Of a DNA stretch of 64,000 nt, positions 12,393 to 26,669 are shown piece by piece. Source of the stretch: Prorocentrum cordatum (taxonomy: Eukaryota); the NCBI GenBank assembly GCA_963575745.1, contig CAUYUJ010000002.1, positions 930,001-994,000 on the forward strand. The letters run 5' to 3'. Both the position numbers and the translations under genes were made by a program. The notes below the pieces were generated by a model. It was given only the letters and a program-made list of their open reading frames with translations, was not told the DNA's origin and searched no databases. Numbering within the stretch: position 1 is the first letter of the stretch; each line of letters begins with the position of its first letter.

Positions 12393-14122
12393 ACTAATCT
12401 TCTCACCCCCCTCGGACGCTTCTTGTCGCCGCTGCTGAATCCGCGTCGACAAATGGTCAGGATGAACCCCGGGAGAGGTCCAGGGACCGTCTTTGAGCCG
12501 ATTCAAGAGCAGATTCACAGGCCAACCTCGCAATGCCGTATCGCACCACGCCGTTGCAGGACGTATCCTTTGCCCGCCTTTAGATCCAGGATGGGTCAAC
12601 ATCGAATCACTCGCCCTGGCGTTTGCACGACATCTCCACTGTATGTCTCCAGATTCATTACGATTTGTCAAGATTTGCAACGAGCCACGTAGATTTACGT
12701 CGAAATATTCAGCTTGATACCCGCAACGCCCACTGGAGAACAATCATCAAATCCTTCGAACATCGATTCGCGAAATCGGGTCGGATCAATAATGTGCACC
12801 GCACGAGTTGGATTCGGATCGGATCAGCCGCGCCAAGGTGCACCACAACAACGCCATACAACATCGGGCAATATCCTCGGAATGTCGTAATCGGATTGAA
12901 GCGGATCGCACCAACCGAAAACGAAATCGGATCGGACCGATCAAATCGAAACAAACCCTACCTCGCTCCTCCTCCAACTCCCTCCCTGCCGCCGGAATTC
13001 GTTTACGGCAGGTTCTTGTCGTGAGGGCCTGGGCGTTGGTTTCTCACACCGCGTGGATCGTACAACCTTTAAACGATCATAGCTTTCTGACAGGCGCGGG
13101 GGGTTCGATGTCGGCCGCCTCGTTCCCCTCCCCCTCCCGCCTCCCCCTCGTCCTCCAAAATCTCGATCCTCCTCCTCCTTCCCCTGATTGGGTCGCAGTG
13201 CATGACGAGCACATTCAGTCTCCTCCTCCTCCTGCGCTGCGTCCTCTTCCTTTCCCCTCTGCGCCTCGAGAACTGGGCATGCGCATATAGCGAGCGAGCG
13301 AGCCTTCCGCCTGATCTCATCCGGAGCCATGTTGCGCGCGGCAGCTCATTTGGGGGAGAACGAAGATAGTTAGAGAGGCAAGCTAGGTGCGCTCGCGCCA
13401 TATCCGTTCATCCCTCCCGTCCCTTGCCATTGCGTAGAGCCCCTCTCTATTCGCACAGTTGGATATCGAAGGGAACAGCGATCGCCAAAGGGCGCGCGAG
13501 GCATGGCACGAGTCACGAGCGGCGAACATGTCGGTACCCGCGCCCTCGCGGTCTGCACTCCAGGGCGCGATCACGCGGATACGCGGACGCCCATCTACGT
13601 TCCGCGCAGGGCATCCGCGAGCAAAACGCCTAATATCCGCGGGATCGCGGCTCAGGGGCCCGGCTCGCGAGGCCACGGATACGGAACTGCTTCCCGCCTA
13701 CGAATGAGACCATTGCTAACCAGCGCTGCAGCGGTAACACCATTTTGAAGGATCGAACACGCGGAAACGACTCCAGCGCTGCAGGGGGAGCACGAGTTGA
13801 AGGACCAGAAGCGCGGAAATGAGGCCAGCGCTGCAGCGGGAGCAGCATTGGGAAGGACCAAAAAAGATCGGATTGGAAAAACACATGGGACAAATCAATG
13901 TATAAAACATGTGTGTGAAAACAATACGTGGGGATGGCGGAACATCTTCTGGACCAGACAGAGTCAGGGAAGAGAGGCGACCAGTAACACCTATGAAGGA
14001 GGAGCAGTCTCCTCCTCCTCACCATCTCCCTCTCCTCGTCTTCGTCCTCGTCCTCGTCCTCATCCTCGTCATCCTCTTCGCGCTCCTCTTCTCCCACTCC
14101 TCAACCCGCCGTGGCGCGCCGC

Positions 14123-14213
14123 CTGACATGGAGTCGCCCTTCTCCTCGGGCAGCCACTGCACGTCCAGCTGGATCAGCTCGTCCACCTGCACGCCAGAGA
14201 TGGCGGTCACGAC
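14123..14213 (-). CDS. Exon of DUF1517/FLAP1-like host gene: VVTAISGVQVDELIQLDVQWLPEEKGDSMS(G)
   Basis: Pyrimidine tract plus CAG acceptor, GC donor (G|GCGGCG), high GC3. Resembles the DUF1517 segment LGSI..S.ILAVEVLWTPQ.E.DTLS. Confidence 0.85.
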
Positions 14214-15147
14214 CTGAGGAGGGAGGAAGGAGGACGAGGAGAGGGGGATGAGACAGGAGGGAAGGAGGGGTGAGGGTGAGGAAGAGGAACATGATGAGGA
14301 AGTGGAGGAGAAAGGGTGAGGGAAAGACGGAAGGTAAGGAGGCGAAGGAGACATCAGACGACGATGGCGACGACGACGACAACGACAACGACGACGACGA
14401 CGATGACTACGACGACGACGATAACGGCAGTATCCTGTCACTCGCTCTTGGGCTCGTGCCCTGGTTCATTCTCCCCGGTGCGGTCGTCGTGAAGCGCCTT
14501 AGCTCTGCTTGCTGTCTCTCTCTCTCTCTCTCTCTCTCCCCCCCCTGATCAGGACCTCCCTCCCCCTGGGCTTGACCCTCCCCCCCCACGTCTAGACCTG
14601 ATGAACCGTTGTCCAGCTCGCTAGGGTCTCCACCTTCTCCTCCTCCTCCTCCTCCTCCTCCTCCTCCTCCTCCTCCTCCTCCTCACCGCTCCACTCTCGC
14701 AAATTCCACCAGTCTCCTCCCCGTCCTACTTCTCCTCCTCCTCAACGTCCTCCTCCGTCTTCTCTTTACCCTCCCCCCTCGCCAACTTCCCTTGGACGAG
14801 CCGAACTGGCCGAACCCGACCGAACCAGCCGAACCGCACAGCCGAACCGGACTTGCCAGTTGACTCGAACTGGAGCGGCTAGACCGAACCAAACTCCAAT
14901 CTGAACAAGACCTGCCGAACCGACCCGCGCACCGGACCGGGCTGGACCGAACCGAAACAGGGTCATCATGTTTTTGGGCCGTCTGTCATCACGGGCCGTT
15001 TCGCGGGCATCTTTGACTGTTATGGGCCCTGCCGTGGGCGTCGTGGGGCCGATTTGGGCAATCTGGAGGCCATCATGTGCTGTTCTGTGCCCCTGGAGCT
15101 CCCATGGAGGTTCAAAATTCCGATCCCACAGCCCTGGGCGGTGAGAG

Positions 15148-15312
15148 TGTGTGTATGTATGTATGTATGTATGTATGTATGTATGTATGTATGTATGTAT
15201 GTATGTATGTATGTATGTATATATGTATGTACGTACGTACGTACGTACGTCTGTCTGTATGTATGTATGTATGTATGTATGTATGTATGCATATATATAT
15301 ATATATATATAC
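15148..15312 (+). repeat. (TATG)n/(TA)n microsatellite; opposite-orientation (TACA)n/(TA)n at 21320-21419
   Basis: Direct reading. Confidence 0.95.
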
Positions 15313-15759
15313 ATACCCACACCGCTAACAATGCTTGCACTTCGGGGTTCTCACTTCTTCTTTAAGGAAATGGGCCTGACGGCTTGTGGCGGCTATAGTC
15401 GCCACCGTCGCTGCCCCGTCGCCGCCTCGTCGCCGCCCGTCGTCACGGCCTGACGGCCGGTCTGGCGGCTATGTCGCCAACGTCGCCGCCTCGTCGCCTC
15501 CCGTCGTCAAAGCCTGACACCCGGCATGGCGGCTACGTCGGCGCCGTCGCCACTCGTCGCCGCCGCTAAAATACAGCACGTAAGTTGCTTTACGTTGCTT
15601 TGCACTCATGGCACCACATCGATAACATCACGAACATTGCACAACATATATCACGTTTCTTTAACAATATTAAGACCTGCAACTCCTGGAATTAACCGTG
15701 CTCCTTCCCGTATTGCAATTTGCGTATGATTATGTCCCATCTTCCCTCGTACCCTCTCA

Positions 15760-18700
15760 TCTTCCCCAAAAACTACTATGCGCGCGCAGTCGTTTATCAC
15801 AAATCATACGTTTTCGAAAACCCACTACAACATATGGGACGAAACCCAAACGCGCGCGTCGTCGCGCGCGCATGCTGAAATGTTTCAAACACCGTAGGTT
15901 CCGCCAGGATTCCGAAATCGAGTGCCCCGACAACATATAAAAACAACACATGGTTTCGCAACGCGAAATTTCAAAACAAGAAAAACGTTCGGGCTCATAC
16001 GGCTTTTGTGGGGCAGCTTTTTTCAACATAAACATGCTAACAAACTGGCCTCTCGCGCGTGCATGTCGAAATCGTTCGAACGCCCTTGCGCGCGTTCTGT
16101 CGCACGAAGCCCCCACACAATATCAACGCGAATTGCACGCGCGCGTCGCCGCGCGCGCGTGCGCTTAGGTTCCGCAGGGGTTTCAAAAGCAAGTTTCCCG
16201 CAAACATATAAAAACACATGGCATTGCAACGTCAATTTTCAAGATTTTCATTCAAATGGGCCAAACGGCTCCCTCGCGCCGCGCGTCGAAATCATACGAG
16301 CGCCCTTGCGCGCTTTCGGGGGGGGGGGAAGGGCGCGATCCGTGTCGATTACTACCGTGCGGGCCACTCTCGCGCGTCGGCCGCGCGCGCCTGTCAAACT
16401 CCCTCCGGAACCTTCATCGCCGACGCGAAGACGCCGTCGTCGTCGGCGTGATCAGCATCGGCGCCGTTGATGGCCTTGCCGTCGTCGTAGTCATCACCGC
16501 CGCCAGCATCGCTACCACCATCATCGCATCTATCGTTATCGACGTTGCCATGATAGCACGCCCGCCTAAGTCGCCGACTCGCACCCTGGGAAATGCCCGG
16601 CGGTCAGCGCCAGTACGGCCGCGTCGGCGGCGCCAATATGTCTGGCCGCTACACGCGCGAGCGTGCGCGGCTGCAAAGATGCGCCAGCCAACTCCAAGCA
16701 CGCGTCGCAATCGCCGCCACATGGGTTTTGCAAACCCAATTGCGGGTGGGTGGGTATGATGATTGCGCGAGCAGTGGAACGGGCGCCGCATAAGTTGCAT
16801 CGCGTAACTTGCACCGCGTAAGTTGCGCAACGTAGGTCGCACCACATGTAGTGGTGCTGCGTGCGTAGGTTGTGCCGTATAATCCCACCAGCCCTCTGGG
16901 CGTAGGTGGTTCCGGGAGTTTCCTCTTCCATCTTCCCTTCTTCCCCTTCGGGGAGGGGTTTACCCCTCCCCCTAACCCCCTCCCCTGGACCTGGACGGGG
17001 GGTTTCGCTGGTAGTTGGAGCGTCCAAAACGGCCTCGGCGAGGAAGCCTACATCATCGGTTTTACTAGGGTTTTGGCCGATGTTAGAGGCTCCCGAGGGG
17101 GGAGGCTAATTGGGGGACCCCCTTCCTTTGATCGATCACCTCCAAGATGGCCCCAAGAGCGCTCCCAAGGCTCCTAAGAGCGCCCCAAGAGGGCCTCAAG
17201 AGGCGCCCAGGAGGCCCCAAGATGTCCCCAAGAGGCCCTGAAGAGGCTCCCTAGACCCCCAAGAGGCCTCAAGAGGATCCCCGAGGCATCCAAGAATCCC
17301 CCAGGCGCTCCAAGAGGACTCCAAAACAACTTCCACGGGACATCCTAGGAGGCTCTTGTGCACGTCATTGTTCTTGTTCCTTCTCATCTTTCTCATCCTC
17401 CTCCTCCTCCTCCTCCTCCTCCTCCTTGTCGGCCTACTGCTCCTCCTTCTCCTCCACTTCATCAGCCTCATCCTCCTCCTCCTCCTTTCCTCTTCTCTTC
17501 CTCCCCCTCCTCCTCCTCCTCCTCCTCCTCCTCCCCCTCCTCCTCATCATCCGCCTATTCCCCCTCCTCCCTCCTCCCTCCTCCCACTTTTCCCACCTGC
17601 TGCCCCTCCTCCTCCTCCTCCTCCTCCTCCTCCTCCGACTCCTCCTCCATCCTCGCCCCCTTGGGTAAGACGGGTCCCCCAGCCCTTTGCTACTCTGTAT
17701 GCTCCCTTACTTCCCTGATCACCGCAATTCGCCTGGGCATCTTTTTTGGATGGGCTGGTGGGGATACGCGAAGGCTCAAGAATTTGTACCACGTATACTC
17801 CTCTTCTTAAAAACAATTCGTATGATCTACCCCTCCCCTCACACGCGCGTACGTTTAGCCGTTCCCCCTGGGGATGTGCAACTTGCGCGCGATGCTGCCC
17901 CGTCGTTTACTTCCGATGAAAATTCGCGCCGACCCGACCAAGCCGACGTCAACGCCCCGCTCGAGTCGCCGACTCGCGCCGTAGCGCCCGCGCGTCAGCG
18001 CGGCCTGCGAGACGCGCTGGGAAGCGCCAGGGCGGTCGGCGCCAGACTAGCCGGCAGCCCCGCGCGCGAGCCTCCGCGCAATCGCTGCCGCGCGGGCTCC
18101 GCAAACCATGTTGCGCGCGGGCCGGGGGGGGGGTGATTGCTCGAGCAAAGGGGTTGGCAATTTCAAGTTGAGCAGGGTGAATTGAGCCGCGTGCGTTGCC
18201 CCGCACTGGGTTTCCTGTCTCAAAAAGATTGCAGATCTATCGCCCCCCTCCCTTCGGGATTATGGCCAGCCCCTGGGGCGGTGCGATTTGCGGGCGACCC
18301 TGCCCCATCGTTCACTCTAAGAATGACTTCGCACTATCCCCGCCGAAGAGGGCCCGACCCCCCCCCTCGCCACCGTCTGCAGATAACACTGTGCGCGCCC
18401 ACCCCCTAATCACAATGTGAAATGATCCCTTGCCGCAGATGGGGCGGGGCGCGCGCCGGCGCGTCGTCGCGCGCGCGCGCCAACGCCTTTCAGAAACCAT
18501 CGGCTTCGCAAGGGTCTCATGATCGAGCGCCCCGAAAACGCAGAACGCATTCTTCAACCTTGCGAATTCTTGAACAAATATTGGTTACCAGAAATTCTCG
18601 TCAAATGCGACCAAACGGGATTCTCTCGCGCGCGCGCGTCCAAAGCAGCCGCAAGCCCTTGGGCGCGTGCTGGGGGGCAGGGGGGGCCGCGGCCCCAGTC

Positions 18701-21360
18701 CGCGTCGGCCGCGCGCGCGCGTCGAAATCTTGTAAAATCTTCATCGCTGATGGGTGGGCCCCATGGTCGTCGTCGGCGTGCTCAGTTTCGGCGCCGTCAT
18801 TGGCCTTGCCGTCGTCGTCGTCGTCGTCGTCGTCGCCGGCATCTTTGCTGTCATCGTCGCGTCTGCCGTCGTCGCCGTCGCCGCGATTCCGCGCCCGCTC
18901 GAGCCGCCGACTCGCGCCGATGCGCCCGCGCGTCAACGCCGTCTGCGAGACGCGCTGGGGGGCGCCCGCCGGTCAGAGCCACCGCGGCCGCGTCAGTCGC
19001 GCCAGACTAGACGGCCGCTCTGCGCGCGAGCCTGCGCGCGCTAGCGCGGCCGCGGATGCGCGCCGGCCGGCGTCGAGCAGTCGTCGCCGTCGCCACCTCG
19101 TGGGCTGGACAAACCAAGTCGTCGGTGGGTGGGATGCGCGCGCGAGCAGTGGAGTTGGCAAATTCGAGTTCGGGCGGGGGACTTGCGCCACGTGGGGCCC
19201 CCTTCCTAAAGCTGCATTAGGGCCCGCCGTTCCCCCGAGGCCGGGAATGTCGATGCGCCCTGGGGGAGCGCCAATAATGCGCAGCCACGTCGCATTGGTC
19301 ATGCCAGATATGAATTCACGCCGCCCCAACCAGGCCGAGCCCCCCCCGCGCCCCCCCGCGACGTCCTCTCCAAGAACAATGCGCGCGCGCTCGTCTGTCA
19401 GCGCACATTTACTTCCAAGACGCCCCCCGCGAACAACTGGGCGAAATGCGCGCGCGCATCGTCGCGCGCGCGTTCCGCAATCATGCAGAAACCATAGTGG
19501 GTCTCAGAACCGAGCGCGCCGAAAACAAAAGCGTAGCCTTGCAGCGTAACTCTGCCAAAAAATCCGCGCGAACAAAAAAACGGTGAATTCTCGGGCGCAT
19601 TCGTCTGATTCGGCCGAACGGGCCATTCATTCGCGCGCGCGTCGAAATCAGTCGACCGCCCTTGCGCGCGCGCTGTGCGGGCGGGGGATGGGGCGCGACC
19701 CCTGTCTACTAAATCCACGCGGGCCGCTCGCGCCCGTCGGCCACGCGCGCGCGTCGAAATCTTTTCGAGGCATTCATCGCCGCGGGTGGGCGCCATCATC
19801 GTCGGCGCGGTCAGCGTCGGCGCCGTCGTTGGCCTTGCCGTCGTCGTCTTCATCGTCAACGTCGCCGCCGACATCTTTAATGTCGTCATCGTGTCTGCCG
19901 TTGTTGACGTCGCCATGATACCGCGCCCGCCAAAATCAACGATTTGCACTGATGTGCCCGCGCGTCAGCGCGGCCTGCGAGACGCGCTGGGCAACGCCCG
20001 CAGGTCAACGCCACCGCGGCCGCGTCGGTCGCGCCAGAGTGCCCGGCCGCTCCGCGCGCTAGCCTGCGCGCGCTAGCGCGGCCGGAGCAACGCGTCAGTC
20101 AGCTCTAAGCAGCCGTCGCAGTCGCCGCCGCGTGGGTTTTGCAAGCCAAGTTGCGGGGGGGCGGGCGGGGTGACTGCGCGAACAGTGGAAGTGCCAACTT
20201 CAAGTTCGGCAGGGAGCAAGGCGCCACGTGGATGACGCAACATGCTTTGCGCAACGTGAATGGCGCAACCTATATGCATATACGCGCACCAGCAGCGGCA
20301 CAACAATGGCTGCGCCACGTACCTCGCGTCTTGTGTTACATATACTTCACTAAAGAGGCTCAACAGCATGGATCGCCGCGCATACATCGCACCGCATATT
20401 CCTCTTCCTATATTTTTATAAGCCCGGGCGGGGGGACCCCCCTAAAAAAAAACCGGACTCCCGGGACCTGGGGCTTTGGGACCCTATGGGCGGGCCTCGA
20501 AGCGGCCCCCCGGACCTCGCAGGGCGTTTTGCCAAGCCTTCCCCGCGCGCCTAGGGCGATCACGAGGGTCATCGGAGACGTCCCAGAGACTCCCAAGACA
20601 GCACAAGAGCGCTCCAATAGAGACCGACGTGACCTTAAGATGGCCCAAAGGGCCTCCAGGACGGCCCCAAAGGCCTCAAAAAGCCTCCAAGAGCACCCCC
20701 AAAAAGGCCCTAAGAGGCACAAGTCGCTGATTTTCTTTAGGTTTTTGGTGAATTTTGGGGTTCTCCTCTTTTCGGCTCCCCGACGCTCCAATACTGCAGT
20801 CTGTTCGGCGTCCGAAGCCGCCTGGGAGGCTCCAAAATCGCCCCACAACCATCCAAAAAGGGCTTCCAGGCGGTCCAAGAGAGCCCCAAAACGGCACAAC
20901 AGTGCAAGACGGCCCCAAGACACCCTCCGAAGCATTCCAAATCGTGACCCGGTCGTTCAGGGAGGCCGCGGCTGGAAGCAGGGTGGCCCGAGGACCCCCC
21001 CAGAACCCCCAGAACACGCCCAGGAGGCCTCCAGAAGGCCTTAATAAAACCTGAAACTTTCGCGACGCCCCCAGAGGCTCTCCAAAGAGGAACCTCCGCA
21101 AAAGGTGTTGAGGAGGATGGGGGAACTGCGCAGGGTACGGCGGGAATGAGGAAAAAACATGGAGGAAGGAAAACGAATAACATAATTTCAGCGGCGATGC
21201 TTGAAAAAAACAACAAGGAGTCATCGCTAAATTGTCGGCTTGACCTTCGTGTCATTCCGCCTGCGTGCCAAACTTCAAAGACCGAGGTGCATGGCGCGAA
21301 GCGCCACATATCTCTCTCTATATATACATACATACATACATACATACATACATACATACA

Positions 21361-21421
<61 letters not shown>

Positions 21422-23230
21422 CAACGCGTACCCTGCTCAACATATATTGCACCGCGTACGCGGCGCCACATGCGCCTAGATCGCAAGACAGAACCACCGC
21501 ATCAATTGTGCACCGCATCGGTTGCACTGCATCGATGGCAGAGAATGTACGGCGAGAAGCACACTGCTTGGGGTCCACGCTCGGTACCATATGAAATATA
21601 TATACACAAATAAATATATTCCCTAAGCGCTGTTTGATCCACGGTTCCTTTCTCCTGTTCTCAAAGAGTTCGGCGTGTCTGTCGGTCCCGAGGCTATGAA
21701 GCCGCCGTCGCCGCCCCGTCGCCGCCAATCGGTTGGGCCCGTGTTCCGGTCTGGCACCTGCGTTGCCGCCGTCGTCGCCTCGTCGCCACGCAAAACATAC
21801 AAACGCAACGTATTTTGCGCCGCGAAAATTGACGCGCGTAGATTGCGCCTTTATTGCACCGCGTAAATTGCGCGGCGTCAGTCGCGCAGCGCGTGGATTG
21901 CGCAACGCCGCGTGTACTGCGCGGCGCAACAAGACCCGCTCCATGGAATTGCATAGATTGCGCGATGCGTAAATTGCACAGCAGACCGGGCCGCCTTTTG
22001 CGTGTTGTTCGTCCTTCAGAATTACCCCCGTTCACCCATCCTAAACGCGAACTTGCACCATCCCCGGCCGCCCTTCCCCCCCCATCTTCTGCAACAGAAA
22101 ATATACGGGCTCGCTCGTCTATATGAAATCCAATTTCCGTGATTCCTAGCAAAACAATGCGTCGAACTGCGCGCGCGAGCGTCGTCGCGCGCGCGCCGAA
22201 ATCTTCAAAAACCGTACGTGAGGATTTCAAAATTGAGTGCCTCCTGCTAGATTGTAACGCGTCTGTTTTGTTTCAGGGAATATTACATAAGAACCTGCGC
22301 CCACGCTCTTGAATCTTCGAGGGCGCCATGAGTTCTTTTGCGCGCTCGTCGCACGCTACCCATCGTACTTTTCACTTGCGGATGTCGGAATCATTCGAAC
22401 GCCCTGGCGCGCGTGTTGTCCCAAGGGTTCGTTGCAAAATCCACGGCCGAATGCGCGCGCTCGTCGTGGGGCGCGCGTGCCGCAATCCTTCGATATTCTG
22501 ATCGTTCGCGGGGGTTTCAAACTCGAGAGCCCGGGGGGGTTTTCAAACGCGTGGCTTCGCAGCCGCAGCTTCCGGAGAAAAAAAATCCGCGCGCGCTGCT
22601 GCGAGTGTGAGGAAACCCCGGATAAACAACAAACGACTGAACAACTATCGAACTCGACCAAACAGGCCTCTCGCGCCGCCTGTCGAAATTACTCGGGCGC
22701 TCTTGCGCGCGTGCTGGGGGGGGGGGGGCGCGATCCCTGTCAAGTGACGCTGTGCGGGCCACTTGCGCGCGCCGCCCGCGCGCGTGTCGAGCTCCTTCCA
22801 AACTTTTATCACCGACGCGAAAAACGCCGTCATCGTCATCGGCGTGATCAACATAGGCGCCGTCATTGGCCTTGACGTCGTCGTCGCCATCGTCGCCATC
22901 ATCGCTGCTATCATCGTCGCGTCTGCCGTTGTCGGCGTTGCCATGATACCGCGCCCGCCCAAATGACCGGCTCGCGCGGAAGCGCCCGCTGGGAAATGCC
23001 CAGCGGTCAATGCCACCGCGGCCGCGTCGATCACGCCAAACTAGCTGGCCGCCGTGCGCGCGAGCCTGCGCGCGCCAGCGCGGCCGCGGAAGTGCGCCAG
23101 CCAGCGCCGAACGCTCATTGCAATCGCCGCCGCATGGGTTTCGCAAGCCAGGATGTGGGCGGGTGGGTGGGATGTTGGCGCGAGCAGTAGGGTTGACAAT
23201 TCCGATCTTTCAAAATCAATTGCACCTTGT
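15760..23230 (+). repeat. Degenerate CpG/GCGCGC-rich repeat family, at least 4 units (about 16300-16780, 18660-19170, 19670-20210, 22700-23230)
   Basis: Each unit has ggcgccgt(c/t)..tggccttg(c/a)cgtcgtcg, most also gccatgata.c.cgcccgcc, and ends gggtggg/gcggg...gcgcga(g/a)cagt. Confidence 0.8.
16880..17003 (+). repeat. Dispersed ~120-bp repeat (SINE/element-end-like); copies at 29939-30072 and partial at 30876-30943
   Basis: aatcccaccagccctctgggcg...cttcttccccttcggggagg...cccctggacctggacgggg. Confidence 0.75.
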
Positions 23231-23284
23231 AGAATGCACAACCTAAGTTGCTAGTAATACATTGTGCGGGGCCCGCGCTGGCCA

Positions 23285-24215
23285 ACGCGCGCGCACGCGC
23301 ACGCGCGCACAAACAAGCGCACGCACACGCGCACGCAGACGCAAGCACGCACCCACATGCACACACGCAGACACGCACGCACGCACGCGCACACACATGC
23401 ATACACACACGCACGCACGCAAGCATGCACGCACGAACGCATGCACACACGCACATACACGCACGCACACGCACGCACAAGCACGCACACGCACGCAGAC
23501 GCACGCACGCACACACACACACGCACGCACGCACACGCACACACACGCGCACACGAACGCACGCATTCGCGCACACACGCACGTACGCATGCACGCGCGC
23601 ACGCACACACACACAGACGCGCGCACGCGCACGCGCACGCGCACGCGCACGCGCGAGCGCACGCACACGCACACGCACACGCAGTCGCACACGCACACGC
23701 AGTCGCACACGCACACGCGCACGCACACGCACACGAACACGCACACGCACACGCACACGCACACTCGCGCACACGAATACGCACATGCACGCGCACACGC
23801 ACACGCACACACACACAAACACACACACACACACGCACACACACACACGCACGCAAGCACGTACGCACGCGCACACGCATACGCACGCACACGGACGCAT
23901 GCGCACGCACACGCACACGCGAACACACACGGACACACACGGACACACACACAAACACACACACAAACACACACACACACACACACACGAACCCACGCAC
24001 GCACGCACGCACGCACGCGCGAACGCACGCACGCACGCGCGCGCGCACGCACACGCGCGCGCACGCATACGCACGCACACGCACGCAGACGCACGCAGAC
24101 GCACGCACGCGCGAACACACACGAACACACAAGCACACACACACGCACGTACAACGCACACGCACAATTCGAACATCCACACACACACACCACACATACC
24201 ACACATACCACACAC
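23285..24215 (+). repeat. (CA)/(CACG)/(CACACG) compound microsatellite
   Basis: Direct reading. Confidence 0.95.
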
Positions 24216-24587
24216 GTTCAAGCCGGCGGAGCAGAAGAACCTCATTCGTGGACGGCAGATGGAAGTGCCACTTGCGAACGAACTTAGGCGAACGCGCGGA
24301 TACACACATACACACACCCATTACACACGCATGATATATGTATGTATATACATACTAGAACCATCGCGCGCGCTTCGCGCGCGCTCAGGTTCTAGCAGGC
24401 CCCAGGCCTTGACGAATTCACTGCTCCACTGAAGTAGTGGACCACAGTCCGCGCATGCCAATCTGCATTCCGAAAGGCCTTCGAGGAAAATGGTTGTGTA
24501 GGGGGGCGGAGGCCGTGTGAATCGGGTTCCCAGAAGGCCTTCTGGGAGCATGGGTTTGGGGCGTCTTGGGGAGCCTGTTGGGGCGTG

Positions 24588-24624
<37 letters not shown>

Positions 24625-26669
24625 GTTGCTACGACTCATTCCCGAACCTGACCTTGGGGGTGGCCTAACCTGGCGCAGCCCCGATTGGCAACAGACCCGA
24701 CACGTTCCGTCCAAACTGAATGCCAGGTTCGCACGCGCCTAGCACGAAGGGACGGCAGCTGCGGTCGCCAATTGTCTCGCGCCGAGTCCGTGCGTTTTAC
24801 TGCGGGGACCGGCTGATTTTTGCCTCTTGATGGCCCTCTTGCTTGGGGCCCTCTTCGGCCATCTTGAAGCCATCTCGGGCCCTCTTGGGCCTCGCTGAGG
24901 CTGTCCTGTGGCCCTCTAGGGCGTCCTCGGGAACCAGAAGTCATGTTCCCGGAGAGGCTTCCGGGAACATGATTTCGAACGGGGCCCTCTTGGGCCTCCC
25001 CGAGGCTGTCTTGGAGGCCTCCTGGGCCGGCTTCGGGGCCTCCTGGGCCGTCTCTCGGGGGGTTCGGTGAGCCCCAGAGGCCGACCCTTTTGGGCCGTCT
25101 GGGGCCCTCTTGGGTCTCTCTTGGGCTGTTTTGGGGCTCCTCGGGGGCGTCTGGGGCGCTGCGAAGACGAAGCCAGCAAGTATGCTGAAAATGTACGTTA
25201 AAAAAAAAAGGGAAAATTTTTGCCTTTTGAAGGCTCTCTCGGGGCCCTCTTCGGCCATCTTCAAGCCATCTCGGGCCCTCAGGGGCCTCGCTGAAGCTGT
25301 CCTGGGGCCCAGTAGGGAGCGCTGGGAGCCCGGGAAACATGTTCCCAGAGAGGCTTCCGGGAACATGATTTCGAACGGGGCCCTCTGGGGCCTCCCTGAG
25401 GCCGTCTTGGGGGCCTCCTGGGCCGGCTTCGGGGCCTCCTGGGCCGTCTCCGGGGGTTCGGTGAGCCCCACAGGCCGACCTCTCTGGGCCGTCTGGGGGC
25501 CTCTGGGGTCTCTCTTGGGCGGTTTTGGGGCTCCTCGGGGGCGTCTGGGGCACTGCGAAGACGAAGCAAGCAAGTATGCTGAAAATGTACGCTAAAAAAA
25601 TTGACAGATTTTTGCCTTTGAAGGCACTCTCGGGGCCCTCTTCGGCCATCTTCAAGCCGTCTCGGGCCCTCTGGGGCCTCGCGGAGGCTGTCTTGGGGCC
25701 CAGTGGGGGGCGCTGGGAGCCCGGAAAACATGTTCCCGGGGAGGCTTCTGGGAACGTGATTTCGAGAGGGGCCCTCTTGGGCCTCCCTGAGGCATTTATT
25801 TGTTCGCCAGCGTCCGCTGCCCCTTCAACATGCGCGCGCAGCGCTGCTAGTTGGGCTCGCCTGCGCGGAAGACACTGCCTTCGCCAGGGGATGTCGCTGG
25901 ACAGAGCGGCGGGCCATGCTGCTGGCCCCAACTTGGAAACGCCCAGGGGTCATGCTCTAGAGGCCTGCGCGGAGGCGCGGAAGAGGGGGCGCTGGGAAAC
26001 AAAAAAATCATGTTGCGCATGTGGCGTTTGCCTTCGCAAGCGCACGTTCAAACAGGATCAAAACTCCTTCTCGCAACGCTCGGTTAGGACTCCTAACCAG
26101 CGGCGATGGGGTCTACCCGCGAGGATTGAAGGCCTGCCGAACGCAGGGAGCAGAAAGGCGCATCTGCGGACCTATGCAAAAAGAGGCACACAACAAGCAC
26201 CGATGTAAGCATCAAGAGTCTGTAGCTTCAAGCGGCAGGTTATACCGAACACAGCCCCTACACGTTGCATTGCAGAGGTCAACGAACGGCTATAAGGAGG
26301 CGGATAAGAAACTGCAGGACGCGTGTACTTAGCACGTTGTCTGCAAGGCGACGCAAACTACACGACGATGGCTGCGGCTATGGTCGTCTGCTTCTGCCCT
26401 CTTGTCGTGGTTTATCTCAAAAGCGCCCTGGGCGTGTTTTTTTAGCGTTTTCCAGCGTGGGCTCTTGACAGGCTGATCGTCGCGAAGTCTGGCCCCGGCC
26501 ACGGGGTCAAGCCCGGCGGAAGACGGCAGCCCGAGACACGGATGGTCACCTGATATGGCCAGGAGGGCCTCTTCTCTAAGTGAGCAGTCTCGAGTGGCAA
26601 AGTTCACCGAGCGAGAGACGCTAAAAGGGCCGCGCAAGGGGCCAGCGGTCCTGGGCGGATCCGAGCCGA

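Noticed and set aside
14123..14213. Branched-chain aminotransferase-like peptide (LIQLDVQWLP..GDS)
   Set aside because: The joined flanking exons fit DUF1517 far better and lack the YIRP motif.
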